This document shows positions 34,261-46,573 of a stretch of DNA of 64,000 nt, in pieces. The stretch comes from Rhodosorus marinus CCMP1338 (taxonomy: Eukaryota > Plantae > Rhodophyta). The notes under the pieces were generated by a model. It had not been told where the DNA came from and did no database searches. It saw nothing but the letters and a program-made list of their open reading frames with translations. The position numbers and the translations under genes were made by a program. The DNA lies in assembly GCA_029953675.1 (NCBI GenBank), contig JAMWBK010000011.1:868001-932000 (forward strand), given 5' to 3'. Every line of letters begins with the position of its first letter. Position 1 is the stretch's first letter.

Positions 34261-35069
34261 CTCGTCTGTATGTTGTTTACACAAAGTATATACTTGCACA
34301 CAACGCAGAAATGATTAGTTTATTTTGCTATATAGAATGATTGATACGCCGACCTATGCACAAGCTGCAATGTTTTTAGTGGTCCTGGCTTGCACATAGT
34401 TATTGAACAAAAGAAAGTGGAAAGATCCTTTAATGGAATAAAACAGTTTTTCAAGTACAGCCAAACTTGCTTCCAATCCCAAACCGTTACAAAATTCTGC
34501 CAACCTCAAGAACGGATAGTCTCAATTCCAAACTCTGCAGCTACACCCAAAGACCCGGAGTCGCACTGGAAACCCAGTACAGTAGCATTGCAAGGAACTC
34601 AAGCAATGCGGTCAGCTCATGTGGACAAGGACCGTCCTCCCTCAGAAATGCAGTGGTCGACATCACTAAACTAGCTCTAGCTTCCGACTAACTAACCACC
34701 CCTGGCCACTCAATGCATCAAGAACATAGTCCAATTCCTGCAACTCCCGTGACCTCAAAACCGCACATGCGAAAACACACAAGACCAGCTAGCGTTTTTC
34801 CAGACCATCGCCAGCGCTTTTCCAGGCCATCGCCAGCGCAGCTTTCCGAAATTTTTCAAACGCGTTTGCCGCGATGACAGTCCGCTACATCCAGACATAC
34901 GAAAACCTACTGATTCACCTTTTTGGACATTCCCACAGAACCTATCAACAACAAAACACTCACATGTCATTTCTGCACGAACGAGATTCTTCATCGGCCC
35001 CATTGCTTGCAGTGCAAGAGGTAAGGAGCATAACGATTTCCCAGATTTCGATCCAGTTTCCTATATAAC

Positions 35070-35321
35070 CTAGAATATGGTAAGCAAGTTCTCAATGAGC
35101 CTCGATTCTGTTCAGTATACCAGATTATGGTATCACAGCTGATATTGAACTAGAATATGGCAAAAGAAGTCCACTGAGGGCCATTTTTCAGCATACCAGA
35201 TTACGGTATTATTACTGATGAATAAACCAGAATATGATAAAAAAGTGCTCACATTAAGCTCCGATTCTGTTCAGGATACCAGATTACGGTATTGTTGCTG
35301 ATAATGAACTAGAATCTGATA
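35070..35321. repeat. Minisatellite, ~77-82-bp unit x3 plus a partial unit
   Basis: Units start c[t/c]agaat at 35070, 35150, 35227 and 35309. Shared core ttcag-n-ataccagatta[t/c]ggtat. Confidence 0.85.
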
Positions 35322-35440
35322 CGCGTTTGGGAAATGCAAATGTCTTGGTTTCAAAGAGCTGTTGAGATCCGTTAGGGAGTGGGGCGGTCGTGTGTGCTTT
35401 CTGAAGGAACAGGAGAAGGTGGAAAACCTTTCATCTGGGA

Positions 35441-36407
35441 ATGGCAGGGTTCGTAGTGAGTGTCACATCGGGATTCAGACGAGAGGTGCCTGTGTGCCGT
35501 GAGGCGACGTCGGGTTCATCCGAGGGCCCGTCTGTTGCCTCATTGGAGGATTCGTCTGGGCTGTCGTCGCGATTGACTGGGGTGAGGGTGAAGTTTGGGG
35601 TTTGCGCTGGAGTTGCTTGCACGCAGGATGGTTCGAAGGCGCTCCTCGACATGTTTAAAGTACTTGAGGAAGATACGCCGGAAGAGTTGTCTGTTGAGGC
35701 CTGTGGCTGCCTCGGAATGGTGATTGAGATCGTAGATACAATTTTGCATGTTTTTACTTCTAGGCAGCGAGCAACTCAGGCAAATTTCGTGTTCATCCTT
35801 ATTGAATAGTGCGGTGAGGGCCCGAACGTCATAGACTTGAATTCCCGTACTTTTCACAAAAGGTTGCAAACTCCCGACGAAGCACTCGCCCTCCTCGGAG
35901 GGATCTCGATTTCGCCGGAGTTGTCCGAAGCTTTCCTCATCAAGCACAGAGGAAACCTTGAGATGTCAGAATCAAGGCCGCAGGATGCGATACAGTCATA
36001 CACTGAAGCTCTGCGATTGCTCGGTGACAGGCAAGGAGAAGTCTTCGATCAGGTACGAGCAGCCCCGAACTGGATAACCTTGTTCCCTTGAGCTACATCT
36101 CAGCAGGCTAGGTACACGCGCTGTTCACTAGGTCCGCCTTGCGATTCTGTCGAATCGTTCGGCTGCTCGGCTGGAGCAAGAAGACACTGATGGTGCTGAA
36201 ACCGACGCTGGTGATGCCATCGATATCTTCCCAGCCTACGCACCGGCCTGGAGGAGGCTGGGCGATGTCCACACCAAGAAAAAAGAGGTCGAGTCTGCCA
36301 TCAGGGCGTACGAGACGGCCTCAAAGCTGGATCCAAAAAGCTCCAAGGAGATGGAGAAACGAATTAGCAAAGCGAGGAGGCTGAACAAGCGCTTTGGTCT
36401 GTTCTGA
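35441..36407 (+). CDS. Putative plastid thioredoxin-like [2Fe-2S] ferredoxin + TPR protein; exons 35441-35719, 35810-36052, 36132-36407
   Basis: Splicing yields VCAGVAC...CGCLGMCGEGPNV (Trx-like ferredoxin Cys pattern), followed by TPR-like helices (AIQSYTEAL, AWRRLGDVH, AIRAYETASKLDP). Phase-0 introns of 90 and 79 bp. Confidence 0.85.
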
Positions 36408-36485
36408 GTCCTAGTCCTTCCAGTTGTACAACTTCAGTTCCGAGTCCTAGGACTAGTCCTTCCAGTTGTACAACTTCTGCAAATA

Positions 36486-38755
36486 CTATCTTCGATTTTT
36501 TTGTCTTCGGATGTCCCCCTCCTTCTTCGCATGTCTCTCCTCAGCCTCCTGCTCTTCCCTGAAGAACTCTTCCAGCTCCTCGAGCTCCCTGAGCGTGGGC
36601 TTGATCTCATCGTAGCGCTGACGGGCCCACTGAAACGCAACACGGCGGTTCTCCTTGCCTGTCGTTTCCGTAGCTTCGTAGACCTCCTGCATCCAATGGA
36701 GCTTTGTGCGCTCGAAGAATACCTGCAGAGAGAAGAAGAATGGGTTTGACAGCATCTGTAAGAACCGCTGCTGCCCCATGAATTCCCCGTCCATCGTACT
36801 GCTTCCACCCTCGTACCTTGAGCGTCTCACCAACTCTAGGCGTCCACGCATCGTCCTCAGTCACAAGCTTCTTCTCAAGCTTACTTCGCCTATTCTTTCT
36901 CTGCTCCTTCTTCTCCTCCGCTTCCTCATCGTCCTCGCTCTCATCTGCATCCTCGTCTCCCTCCTCAGCAAAGTCCGATGCGCCATCTCCACTTTCAGCC
37001 ATGTTGTCTGATCCTGATTCTTCCCCAGAGTCCGAAGCGTTCCACTCCATGTGTTTCTGGTTCAGCGCTTTTACGAGTTGATATTCGTCCAACTTTCCAA
37101 GGTCCACGGTCCTGGGCGATGATTTCGACGTCTGAGCAGTGACTGCTTTTTTCCCCCTCAACGGACTTGGCCAAAGTACAGAAAACCCTTACCATATATC
37201 ATCCAGCGTAACCTCTTGCTCAGCTTTCTCGTAGAGCCCGCCGTAGACCACCAGCTTGGAGTTTTTAACGAGAGCTATTGCGCTGCCGAAGCGCCCGACG
37301 GGTTTATTTTCATCCTCGAACGTCTCCTCGTCCTCGTCCTCGCCTTCATCGTCATCCTCGTCTGCATCTTCGGTCACGTCCTCCATAACCTCATCTTGCG
37401 GATCAGGTTCGGCCTCCGCGTCGGCATGTTTCGCCCGCCTTCGCCTTCGTTTCACCTGCTTCTTCTTCCTCAGGGTCATCGGATACCACCTGAACACGAA
37501 GAGAAAACCGCAGTTCCAAAATTTCAACGACCTCGTGAGCCCCATCCTTCGTCGTTGAGAGCAGCAAGGTTCTTACTTCTTCCGGGCAATATTGTAAGCA
37601 AACAGGTCGTTGTAAAACGTGCTCCGAAGACTCTCTTCTGTTTCTTCATCCTCGACACCTCCGAACGTAACCAGCTGGTTTTTGTACAGCACCATACCAA
37701 ACCCGCTCCTATTTGATGGCCCGTATCCACTTCGCTTTAGCTTTTCCCACCTGATTGATAGGGCAAGAGTCCTCGTCCTGAGTGCTTGAGCTGCTGCCTG
37801 CCGCTCGCCTGGCTTTAGCATGTACCAAGACCTACCTCTTTGACTCTGGATCGAACTTCCAGATCTCAGAATGCACGATACCGCGGCTAGTCGCTCCATC
37901 ATCAACCATCGGTTGATTTGCCCCAGCAACGCCTGCAAGGCGCTTCTTCTCCTTGTGTGACATGGGCTTGGCGCCTTTGAGCTTCTCCTTGCAGTATCCA
38001 CCATAGAGTATTATCGCTTCGCCCGTGGAAACCCAGCAGTAGCCGCTCCTTGGAGAAGGACAGTTGCCCGTCACCTCGATCTTGACCCATTTGAGCTCGT
38101 CAAGCTTGAGATCGATCATGTACAGATCGTTGAGATACTTCATGTCACTGATGGTGTCGAAAAACCCGCCGAATACATAAAGCTTGTCCTTGCATACACA
38201 CATGCGATGACCAGATCTTGGGCTAGGACCTCCGCGAACATCAAGCTTGGTCCACGTGAAGTCGGACGTGTCCAGTCGCCACAAATCCCGGTAGTGGTAG
38301 AACTGCGTCTGCCTCGGTGACGAAAACTCTCCTCCAAATATGTACATGAACGATTTATGTACAGTCGCCGCATGCGAGCTTCTGGGCGGAGGCTGGTTCC
38401 TGCTCCTGTACTTGGTCCATGCCTCTTTATCAAGCGAGAATCTGTAGAGGTCCGCGTAGAAAAACGTCGTGGTTCCGTCGAACTTTTCACCCCCAAAGAT
38501 GATCAGCTCCGAATCCTTGAGTGGATTCGACACCATCGTAAAGTTGACCCTAGGGGTAGGACCTTCAGTTTCGGAGACATCAACAGCCAGCTGCTCCATC
38601 TCCGCCGCGATGATCTCCTCAAGTAGTTCCTCGACATCCTTCTCCCCACTCTTCTCCTTGGCCTTTTTCGCTCGTTTCGCCTCCTTCTTGGCGGTCTTTT
38701 CAAGCGTCTTCGCCTTTCCAAGACCTTTCTTCTTATTCTTATCCTTCTTACCCAT
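36486..38755 (-). CDS. KLHDC4: Kelch-repeat protein KLHDC4/Kel3 with C-terminal DUF4110-like region; exons 38755-37836, 37750-37577, 37489-37193, 37111-36817, 36722-36486
   Basis: MGKKDKNKKK start. PTPRVNFT, LIIFGGE, PPPRSSH, YIFGGEFSSPRQTQFYHYRDLW, PSPRSGHRM. Four in-phase introns of 81-94 bp. Confidence 0.93.
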
Positions 38756-39615
38756 CGTTCTTATCCTTTTCAATCCATCCAAGCTCCACTCAATCCCACC
38801 GCCACCACACCCAATGACCCTCTCCATCCCCACGACGCTCATCAAGCATCACAAAATATCTCCAACCCTAATAATCCAATAGAAACACTTAAAATGAACC
38901 TAAACGACTCTGACAGTATTTTAAGATATATAATTGGATTCTTTTTATCCAATTAAAACACTTACGTAGCGTCTTAAGCTTTTTATCATTAATCATTATA
39001 ACCAAAGAACTTAATTGTTTTAAGAAATAAATTAATTTGGTCAGTCAGTTCATCAATCGCGATCCACGCGGTCTGTCTCTGCCTCAATAGCAACTGAACT
39101 GAACTGAGGTCTATCTTGAATGCGATCTGATCTCACTATACTGGGCTATGGGTGGTTCAAGCATCGTCGGATAGGTCAACAACGCTTTTTTATCATGGAT
39201 AGCCCACGCGCGACGCCTGGGACAGCTGCGGTCACAAAACCATGAGGAGTCTCTACGGGATACAAAGACAAAAAGGGATGTGTTTTGGAGTCCGACTTTT
39301 TATCCCTTGTACCCGAATACAGCGTATCATCTTACAAGAATTGCCAACCAGCGGGAGTATGAGGAGAAGGCACTGTTCTTCAAACAGCTGTTCGCCCACC
39401 AAACCTCCCAAACTCTTTCACGGGGCTAGTCTGCAAAACACATAATATCACCGGTGTTGTGTGGAAAAGTCCTCTTTGAAGTGATGAAGACACCAACGCA
39501 GACTACGTTATTTGGGGCCGGCGTTGTCGTTTCAAGTTCGATGAAACTGACCCTGCAGGTATTTTCAGGGAAACTCAATCCATTATCCGTGCGAGGGGGG
39601 AAGGTCCCTTCGGAA

Positions 39616-39657
39616 AAGACTGGAACGCTTGAAGTATCCCACCAGCGTTCCAGTCTT
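39616..39657. repeat. Perfect 14-bp inverted repeat, 14-nt loop
   Basis: aagactggaacgct (39616-39629) and agcgttccagtctt (39644-39657). Confidence 0.9.
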
Positions 39658-40282
39658 GTCCCCAAGAACGCATCCATTCCTCGCCCCAGCACCGAGAGGG
39701 CGCGGCACGCGCGCAAACCATCTAAGTGTCACTATCATTCCCTTCCTCATCTTCCGATAAACCTTCAAAATAAATCCACAAAACATATTTCTACAAATGA
39801 AGCTTACGGAGAAATGCTCCTTGGGACATTCACTTGGGACGTGAACCGGTCCGATGCCCAATAAAAAACCAAATCTAACTGTCACCTGTGTTCCGTTCTC
39901 ATGCTTCAAATAAACCAAGAATCGAAGTCTAAAACAAACTTTACAAAGATGAAGCTTAGATGAAGACATTCGTGTTTGGGACAGTTTTGTCTGACATGAA
40001 CGGAGGTGAGCCACCAGATTTTGTTTCAGTGGGGACGTTCGCTTAGGAGCGTTTTGGCAATGGAGGAGAGAGAAGCGTGGAGAAGGCCTAGTTGTGGATT
40101 GAGGGAGAGCAAGAGGCAGATGTGGGAAGGGGGTGGGTAGGGTTAAGGGGCGGGTCTTATTGTTATGCGTTTGATGAAATGAATGAGTGGAGAGCTTGGA
40201 GCTAGTTCTTGAGGGAATGAATTTGTAAAGGGAGGACGAGTGGGAGGGAGGGATTTGGGTGGTAATGGATTGTGAGCTGTAG

Positions 40283-41816
40283 ATGGGGTTGGGATTTCTG
40301 GTTTGGAGTGGTGGTGGGGGGGTTAGGGTTAGGAGCCGTCGTCGGTTGGTTGGGTGTTCCGTGGTAGCGCCTGCGGAGGAGCAGAGCGTGAGGTTGGCGC
40401 TGGGGAGGTTGAAGGTTGAGGTGCTTCCGGAGCCGCTAAAGTTTTCTTCGTCATGGAGGACGATGGTGGAGACGTTGGAGAGCATGGGATTGACTGGGGG
40501 GCGGCTGTCAAAGCTCCTGAGAAAACGGCCAGCGCTTTTGGAGCTGGACCCGATGGAGACGGTGATTCCTTTCGTTAGAACCGTCACGACGGTTTTGGAT
40601 TATGATACCAAAGGTGCTTCCATTCTGCTGTGCAAGAGACCGTCCCTAATGGACTACCCGGAGATAGCCGTCGCCGAAGTCCTTTCCCTTCTGCTGTCGC
40701 TCGGAATTGAAGAACGTCTCCTCAGGTTCCTCCTCCTAAGGTTTCCCGGCATCGCAGAAATCAACCCATCACAAGTGCGATCGTCGCTTAGGTGCCTCGT
40801 AAAGGACGCACACTTTGAGGTCAACGAGCTATGGCCTCTTATCAGAGAATCGCCGTGGGTAATGTGTTACGACGTCGAGACCGAAACTACTCCAGTCATC
40901 GAGTTCCTCGAGAAGATTGGCGTACAGAATGTGAAGCTTATCATTCAGACTGAGCCAAGGGTAAGGAAAGGAAGAACAAACTTTTCGAATCTTTACAAAG
41001 TCAAACTTCTCATCACGAGCCAAGCCACGGTTTTCGGGTTTTCGGATGCTGAAAGGAGCCTTTTGATTCCTTCTGTGATCGCTTTCGTAGGTGCTTGGAT
41101 GTTCTGTACCTGAACAGCTCGAACCAGTGTACAGATTGTTGTTATCAATTGGATTAAGTAGGAGAGCCATTCCTCTGGTTTTACAGCTCTTTCCTTCCGT
41201 TCTTATTGCGAGCATTGAGGAGAAGCTAGTGCCGAATCGCGACTACCTGATCTCCTTGGGGTTGACCCGGGGAGATGTGGCTCATATGGTTCGGGCATTT
41301 CCACAGATCTTGCTGATGGATACTGAGGAGGAGATGGCAGAGGTTGTAAGATTTTTGGTAGCAAAGGGAGTGGAAGATATCGCAGAGTTTGTCTTTAGGC
41401 TGCCGTCTGTTTTGTCGTACGATGTGAATTCGAATATTAAGCCCAAGCTGAGCTTGCTGGAACGGGTGGGATATGAGATGCGTCAGATTGTTGAGTTTCC
41501 GGGGTGTTTATCATTTTCTCTGGAGGACGTGATCATCCCCAGGATCGCATTTCTACGCTATCTCGGCGTGGACGTGAGTTCCATGCGACTGCCCATCGTC
41601 TTGGCTTGTAGCGAAGACCGTTTCTGCGAACGGGTGGCTTCAAGATCGACAAGCGAATTTCAAGATTTTTGTAGGGACTTGGCAGAGAAGAGAGGCGTGA
41701 ACCGTCATCCGGGAAAACGACGGAAGAGGAAGAGAAAAGGGAGGACAAGGAAGGACAACAGAGCGTTCCCAACGAGGTGCAGGTTCCCTATCAGAGAGTT
41801 GTGTTCTCAACGGTGA
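40283..41816 (+). CDS. mTERF-family organellar protein; exons 40283-40960, 41091-41816 (C-terminus uncertain)
   Basis: Repeated mTERF-like units (FPSVLIASIEEKLVPNRDYLISLG, LPSVLSYDVNSNIKPKLSLL, FPGCLSFSLEDVIIPRIAFL). GTAAGG donor at 40961, phase 0. Confidence 0.88.
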
Positions 41817-42154
41817 ACCGAGACAGCCTTGAAGCTTTGAGAGCAACGCACTTGCTGGACGCCCAAGAGGGATCCGTCTTCGGAGACGGAGCTGTTCCAT
41901 ACTACAGAGCTGGCTCTCAATTAGGATAGGAAAATGAACTAACTCTTTTCTTTTTTAACTATATTAAAAGCTGTGTGTAAATTGAGAATGATACGTTACA
42001 TAGCAGCGGGGGTGCTTTCACACTCATCGGTGATACGCACAGGCACTTCAAGAGAGGTCTACGGAAACCGAAGCGACCTTCAAGGTGATGAGCCTCGGCG
42101 TGACTGTTTTCGCCGGCTTGTTATTCATTTCGCGTACGCTATTCGGAGCGTTGC

Positions 42155-43162
42155 TCAGAGGCGTTGGGGAGACGCTGTGCTGCCGTCAAGTTGAAAGGTT
42201 CCATTGGGCCAGTACCTCAATTCGAGGGCATTCCAAGGAGATGGATCGGTGGCTGCTTTCGACACTCGCGTATTTCCTCGGTGGGTGAGATAATGTCCCT
42301 CGGGAACCACAGCCGAGGTCGCGAGGTCAACGACGGCTGCGGCGTTCTGTGGAGTGACGCATATGAGATCCTTTACCAATTCGACGGCGTCTCGCAGTGG
42401 CTTCGGTAGCGTGTTGCTCATGAGAGGAGACCAGATGAGTCCTGGATGGACATCCACGACATCGTATCCGTTCTCCCGAAGCGCCCGCGAGAAGTGGAGC
42501 AGGGCGAGCTTCGATGCTGCGTAGCTCCTTGAGCTATTTTGATTGTCTCCCACGAGCATGTCACCGGAAAGGGCGCGCAGGTGCGAGGACGAGCTGACGT
42601 TCACTATCCTACCTCTACGTCCCAGGCTCGGAAGAAGACCCCTGGTAAGCACGACGGTGCTAGAAAAGTTGATCCCAAAGATGCCGGGTGGAGACGCCGA
42701 AGCAGCGTTGTTCACTAGCAGCTTGATTTCGAACTTTTTCATAGACCGTAGAAAGCTCTCGATGCAGTCTCTGGATCTCAGTTCCAGCTCGTAGCACTGA
42801 TGATCGACTGACGTTCCACCCAGCTTCTTCAAAGCCCTCGAGCAGCGTTCGAGCTTGGTAGTAGTGAGGACCACACGATACCCCTTCGCCGCAAGCTGGC
42901 GACAGACCTAAGTCAACAAGACCGGAGCCCAGCAGCTTAGAGAAGACCAACAACGAAAACATCTTCAGAGAAGGCACTCCTCACGCACTGCCTCACCGAG
43001 AGTACCTGTTCCGCCGGTCACGATGGCGACAGGCCTGCCCTCAACCTGCCGCAGGATTGCGGAAGAACTGACCCGACTGCCTCCGAATAGATTCGATAAA
43101 ACCTCGCCCCCAACGTGTCGCGCCCATTGTCCATAAGCCCAAAGCCTGTCCAAGAAACTCAT
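42155..43162 (-). CDS. Short-chain dehydrogenase/reductase (retinol-dehydrogenase-like); exons 43162-42989, 42907-42155
   Basis: IVTGGTGTLG, LVNNAA, IVNVSS, YAASK, VHPG. One 81-bp phase-0 intron. Confidence 0.9.
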
Positions 43163-44465
43163 TCTGTTTACGCACGTCTTTCACAAGAGAGGCTGAAAAG
43201 TCAGACTTTCTAAATACTCTACCTGCCGACGTCCTTGACAAGCTCACGGCATCGCTACCGCCCCTACCGGATGAGCCAAGAGAGAAAGTTTCCCGACCTC
43301 CTCAAAGCAACTCGATAGGCGCGCTCTTCCTCTTTTCACTCGCCAACGGCTCCGTCGAGCCTGTTCACGAGCTCCACGATCGTAACCACTCGTCCACCCG
43401 CGCCCGCATGACGTACAGGTCTCACAGTCACCTCGGTAACGCTCGATAGAATGAAAGCACTGCTCCGGCGCACCCAACCCCTTCCAATCGAAACCAGAAC
43501 AGCTTTGGCGACCACTAGGAGAAGGCCATAGGACAGAGACGCGAATCGCACGACCTTCACCGCTGAGCAGGATGGCACTACTGCTGCGGCGATCTTGATC
43601 GTCAACAGAAACTGCAACTCAATCTCACAAGTGGGCCCTGTTTGGGAACGTTTTTCTCCTTGTTGCCTGCGGATATACTCTCCGCAGCCACGCAGGACCG
43701 CGTCAAAAACTCCATACAGAAACCACTCCAAGCGCGGAGCGCACCAATGACTAGTTCATTCAACCTGTGGGCAGAGGCACACCTGAGATTGGTCATGGCT
43801 GATGAGGATGCATCAAGCAGAAGGCGTGGGTCTGAATAGTCGGGCACATCTCCGGGTGTCACTCGAACCGCGCCAAGAAGCTCTTCCACATCTGATCCCT
43901 ACCTCCCATACTACGTGAGCACGGGATATACGCGTCTAAATAGGCTTGAGGTTTAGGATGGTACTATTGCTGCGTCGATCTTGACCGTCAACAGAAACAG
44001 AATCTCAAGTGTACAAGTGTCCCTCTCTGGAAATTCATCTCTCCTGCTTGGTGTCCAGGACTAGACTTCCCGGCAGGGCTCTCCAGGACGACGGCCGTCA
44101 CGGTTGCTGGGCAGGAAGGCACCACATCACAGAAATGTGGGACGGAGTCCTCTTGCGACGGTGGATTTGAGGCCTTCTTCGTCGGGTTGGGAGGTGGGAC
44201 AGTTGATGTACATGGGAATTGGGTCTTTTTGGTTCGTTTCGGTTTATGTAGCGGCGGCGGTTTGAGTTCTTCTTCATCGGGTTGGGAGTCCGGAGGGTGA
44301 CGTACGGGGGAATTGTGTTTTGCTCGTTCGGGGTGGTGTGTAGGAAGGCGTTTGGGTTGCTTCGTGAAGCATTCGGGGCTGTTTGTCGTGCGGAGGGGTT
44401 TGTAGAGGGTTGTGTTTGGTTTAGGAGCGTTTGTGAGTTGGGAGTAGGAGTTTGGGGTGGGGAAG

Positions 44466-46470
44466 ATGGGGGGTAGAAGGAGTAGGGGGAAGAGGAGGGC
44501 TCCTGTTGAGCCATCTGTGGAAGTTGGGGATGAGGTTGATGAGTTTGTGAGTCGAAGGGAGGAGGTACGCTTGGGTGGTAGGGGATTGGATGAGGAGGAG
44601 TCTGAGGAGGAGGTTGATGAGACTCCGGTGATGGGGTTGGAAGGAGAGGATGGGAGTCAAGAGGATGACGACGATGATGATGATGAGGAGGAGGCGTGGA
44701 AGAAGAAGAAGCTGTATTACGGAGGAGACAATGTAGACTACAATTTGATGAGCAGCGATGAGGAGGATGCACTTGAGGAGGAGGAACACGAGGCACTGCG
44801 TTTGCAGAACAAAGAAGCCGAAGAGCTGGAGGAAGAGGATTTCGCAGGCCAGGATGTGGGCGAGGACTCGGAGGAGAGCGCTGAGAAGTCGGACGAACGA
44901 CAGGACGAAAAAGACAACATCCACGAGCAGGCTACTGTCATGGAATCGGTCCGAAAGGCTCTCGGCACCGTCTCCGACGATGAAGATAAGGACGCATCAA
45001 ACTCCGACGAGCAATCGCTGGAAGTATTCACGAGAGAAGGCCTCCAGAAGTCTGCGAAGTCCACCCTGTCCCAAGCTGAAAAGCTCCGAATCGTGGAGGA
45101 AAAATCTCCCGAACTCATCGGCCTCCTCGCGGAGCTCAAGCAGTCCGCCCAGGTGCTTCGCAGTCTCTCAGACAAGACAGACAAGCTGTCCCAACCGGAG
45201 ACCTTGTTTCAGCACGCCCTCATCAACTACTGTGTGAACATCCTGTTTTACCTGAGACTCAAATCGGAAGGTGGCGACGTGCGCTCGCACCCGGTGATCG
45301 GACAGCTGTTAGAGATGAACAGACAGATCTCAAGGTTGAAGAAGATCGCGGCAATAAGTCCAGAGCTTTTGGAAGCGGTGTCATCCGATGAGGAGCGTCC
45401 ATCCGGTGCAGAAGACGACGGAGAAAATGTACGTTCTGACTTTCCCTTTTTGTTTATATCGACCGTGAGTCGGATGTATCGGAGCGACAGAGATGAGAAT
45501 CTCAGTTCCATATTCCTACTAAAGAACTCAAAATCAACTGCGATCACAAGGCCTGGGCAAGCTCCTTGCGCTCGCTTTTTGTTGCGAGTTTGTTCTCACC
45601 AACGCAATAGCAAAAAGCGAACGTATAAAAGTGTTGCAGGCTTCATAGGTCGCCGGTTCGATTCTTGTGAATGGAGTACTAGTGTGAAGGAGAGACTCTT
45701 CTGACCAAAAGGCTTCTGCGTTTGTTTGTTAGGATATGGATGAGAGTGGACGTGAACTGGTTGATGCCGTAGAACAGCAGAGCGAAGATGAGGATATGGG
45801 CAGTACTGATGAGGATGAAGTGGGCGATACTACTACGGATCTAAAGGCGGATGGGGATCTGGACGAGTTCTCTGAGTTGATCGAAATGGTCGGTGACGCC
45901 GGCGGGAGGAGGCGGTCGGCTCGGTTTGGGGATGTGGAGGCTCAAGCTGGGGGTTCGCGTCGCGTGCTGAAGCGGATTAGGATGCATGGTGCTCTGAATA
46001 AGACGTCGCATCCTTCGGCTGAAGATGAGGTTTTGGGTGAACCTGCGGAGAGGCCTCGTGTGGATGCGGGTAGGGCTGGATTGGATAAGGTCGTCGAGGG
46101 CTCGGAGGCAGACGAGGAGGAGGAGGATGATGGCGTGGTAGAAGGGGCGAAATCGAAAAAGCAGAGGAAGCTGGAGCGAGAGAAGAAGTTCCAGGAGAGG
46201 AGAAATTCTGCCCATGTCTATACGTACAAGGATGATGCTGATGAGGAAGACCGTCGCAAGGCAAGTAGGGAGGTGATCAAGAACCGCGGACTCACACCAT
46301 ATCGGAGCAAGAAGAGAAGGAACCCTCGTATCAAGAACAAGCTCAAGTACGAGGATAAAATGAAGCGACATAAGGGCGTTGCGAGGACTGCAAGAACTGA
46401 GCTCGGCGGTAGCTATGCTGGTGAATTGACAGGCATCAACATGAGGTCGACAAAGAGTGTGAAATATTAA
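44466..46470 (+). CDS. SAS10: SSU processome factor Sas10/Utp3; exons 44466-45428, 45733-46470
   Basis: Acidic N-terminus, NYCVNILFYLRLK...SHPVIGQL, and C-terminal KNRGLTPYRSKKRRNPRIKNKLKY...YAGELTGI. The 304-bp intron is long for this window and could hide a small exon. Confidence 0.92.
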
Positions 46471-46573
46471 AACCCCCCAAAAGTGCCGGGGGAATGAGCT
46501 TATAAACTTTCTTCAAGGTTTGTCCATAAAATAAATATTCTGTGCAGTTTGAGTACAGCCCGGCATGTCTTCT

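Noticed and set aside
35070-35321. CRISPR-like look (palindromic core with variable intervening sequence)
   Set aside because: The intervening parts are homologous to each other, there are no cas genes, and the context is eukaryotic. It is a minisatellite.
39583-40587. 334-aa minus-strand ORF
   Set aside because: It starts on a non-ATG codon, is low-complexity P/S/T/H-rich, and is antisense to the G/T-rich mTERF 5' region; a shadow ORF.
43569-44055. Introner (mobile intron) hypothesis for the two similar segments
   Set aside because: Similarity continues ~25 bp beyond the putative acceptor, and I saw no similarity to the other introns in the window; better explained as a segmental duplication.
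44098-44924. Long minus-strand ORFs (232 and 167 aa)
   Set aside because: Antisense shadows of the purine-rich Sas10 start and its upstream region; no domain motifs.
45640-45680. tRNA T-loop-like GGTCGCCGGTTCGATTC in the Sas10 intron
   Set aside because: No D arm, anticodon stem or acceptor stem can be formed.
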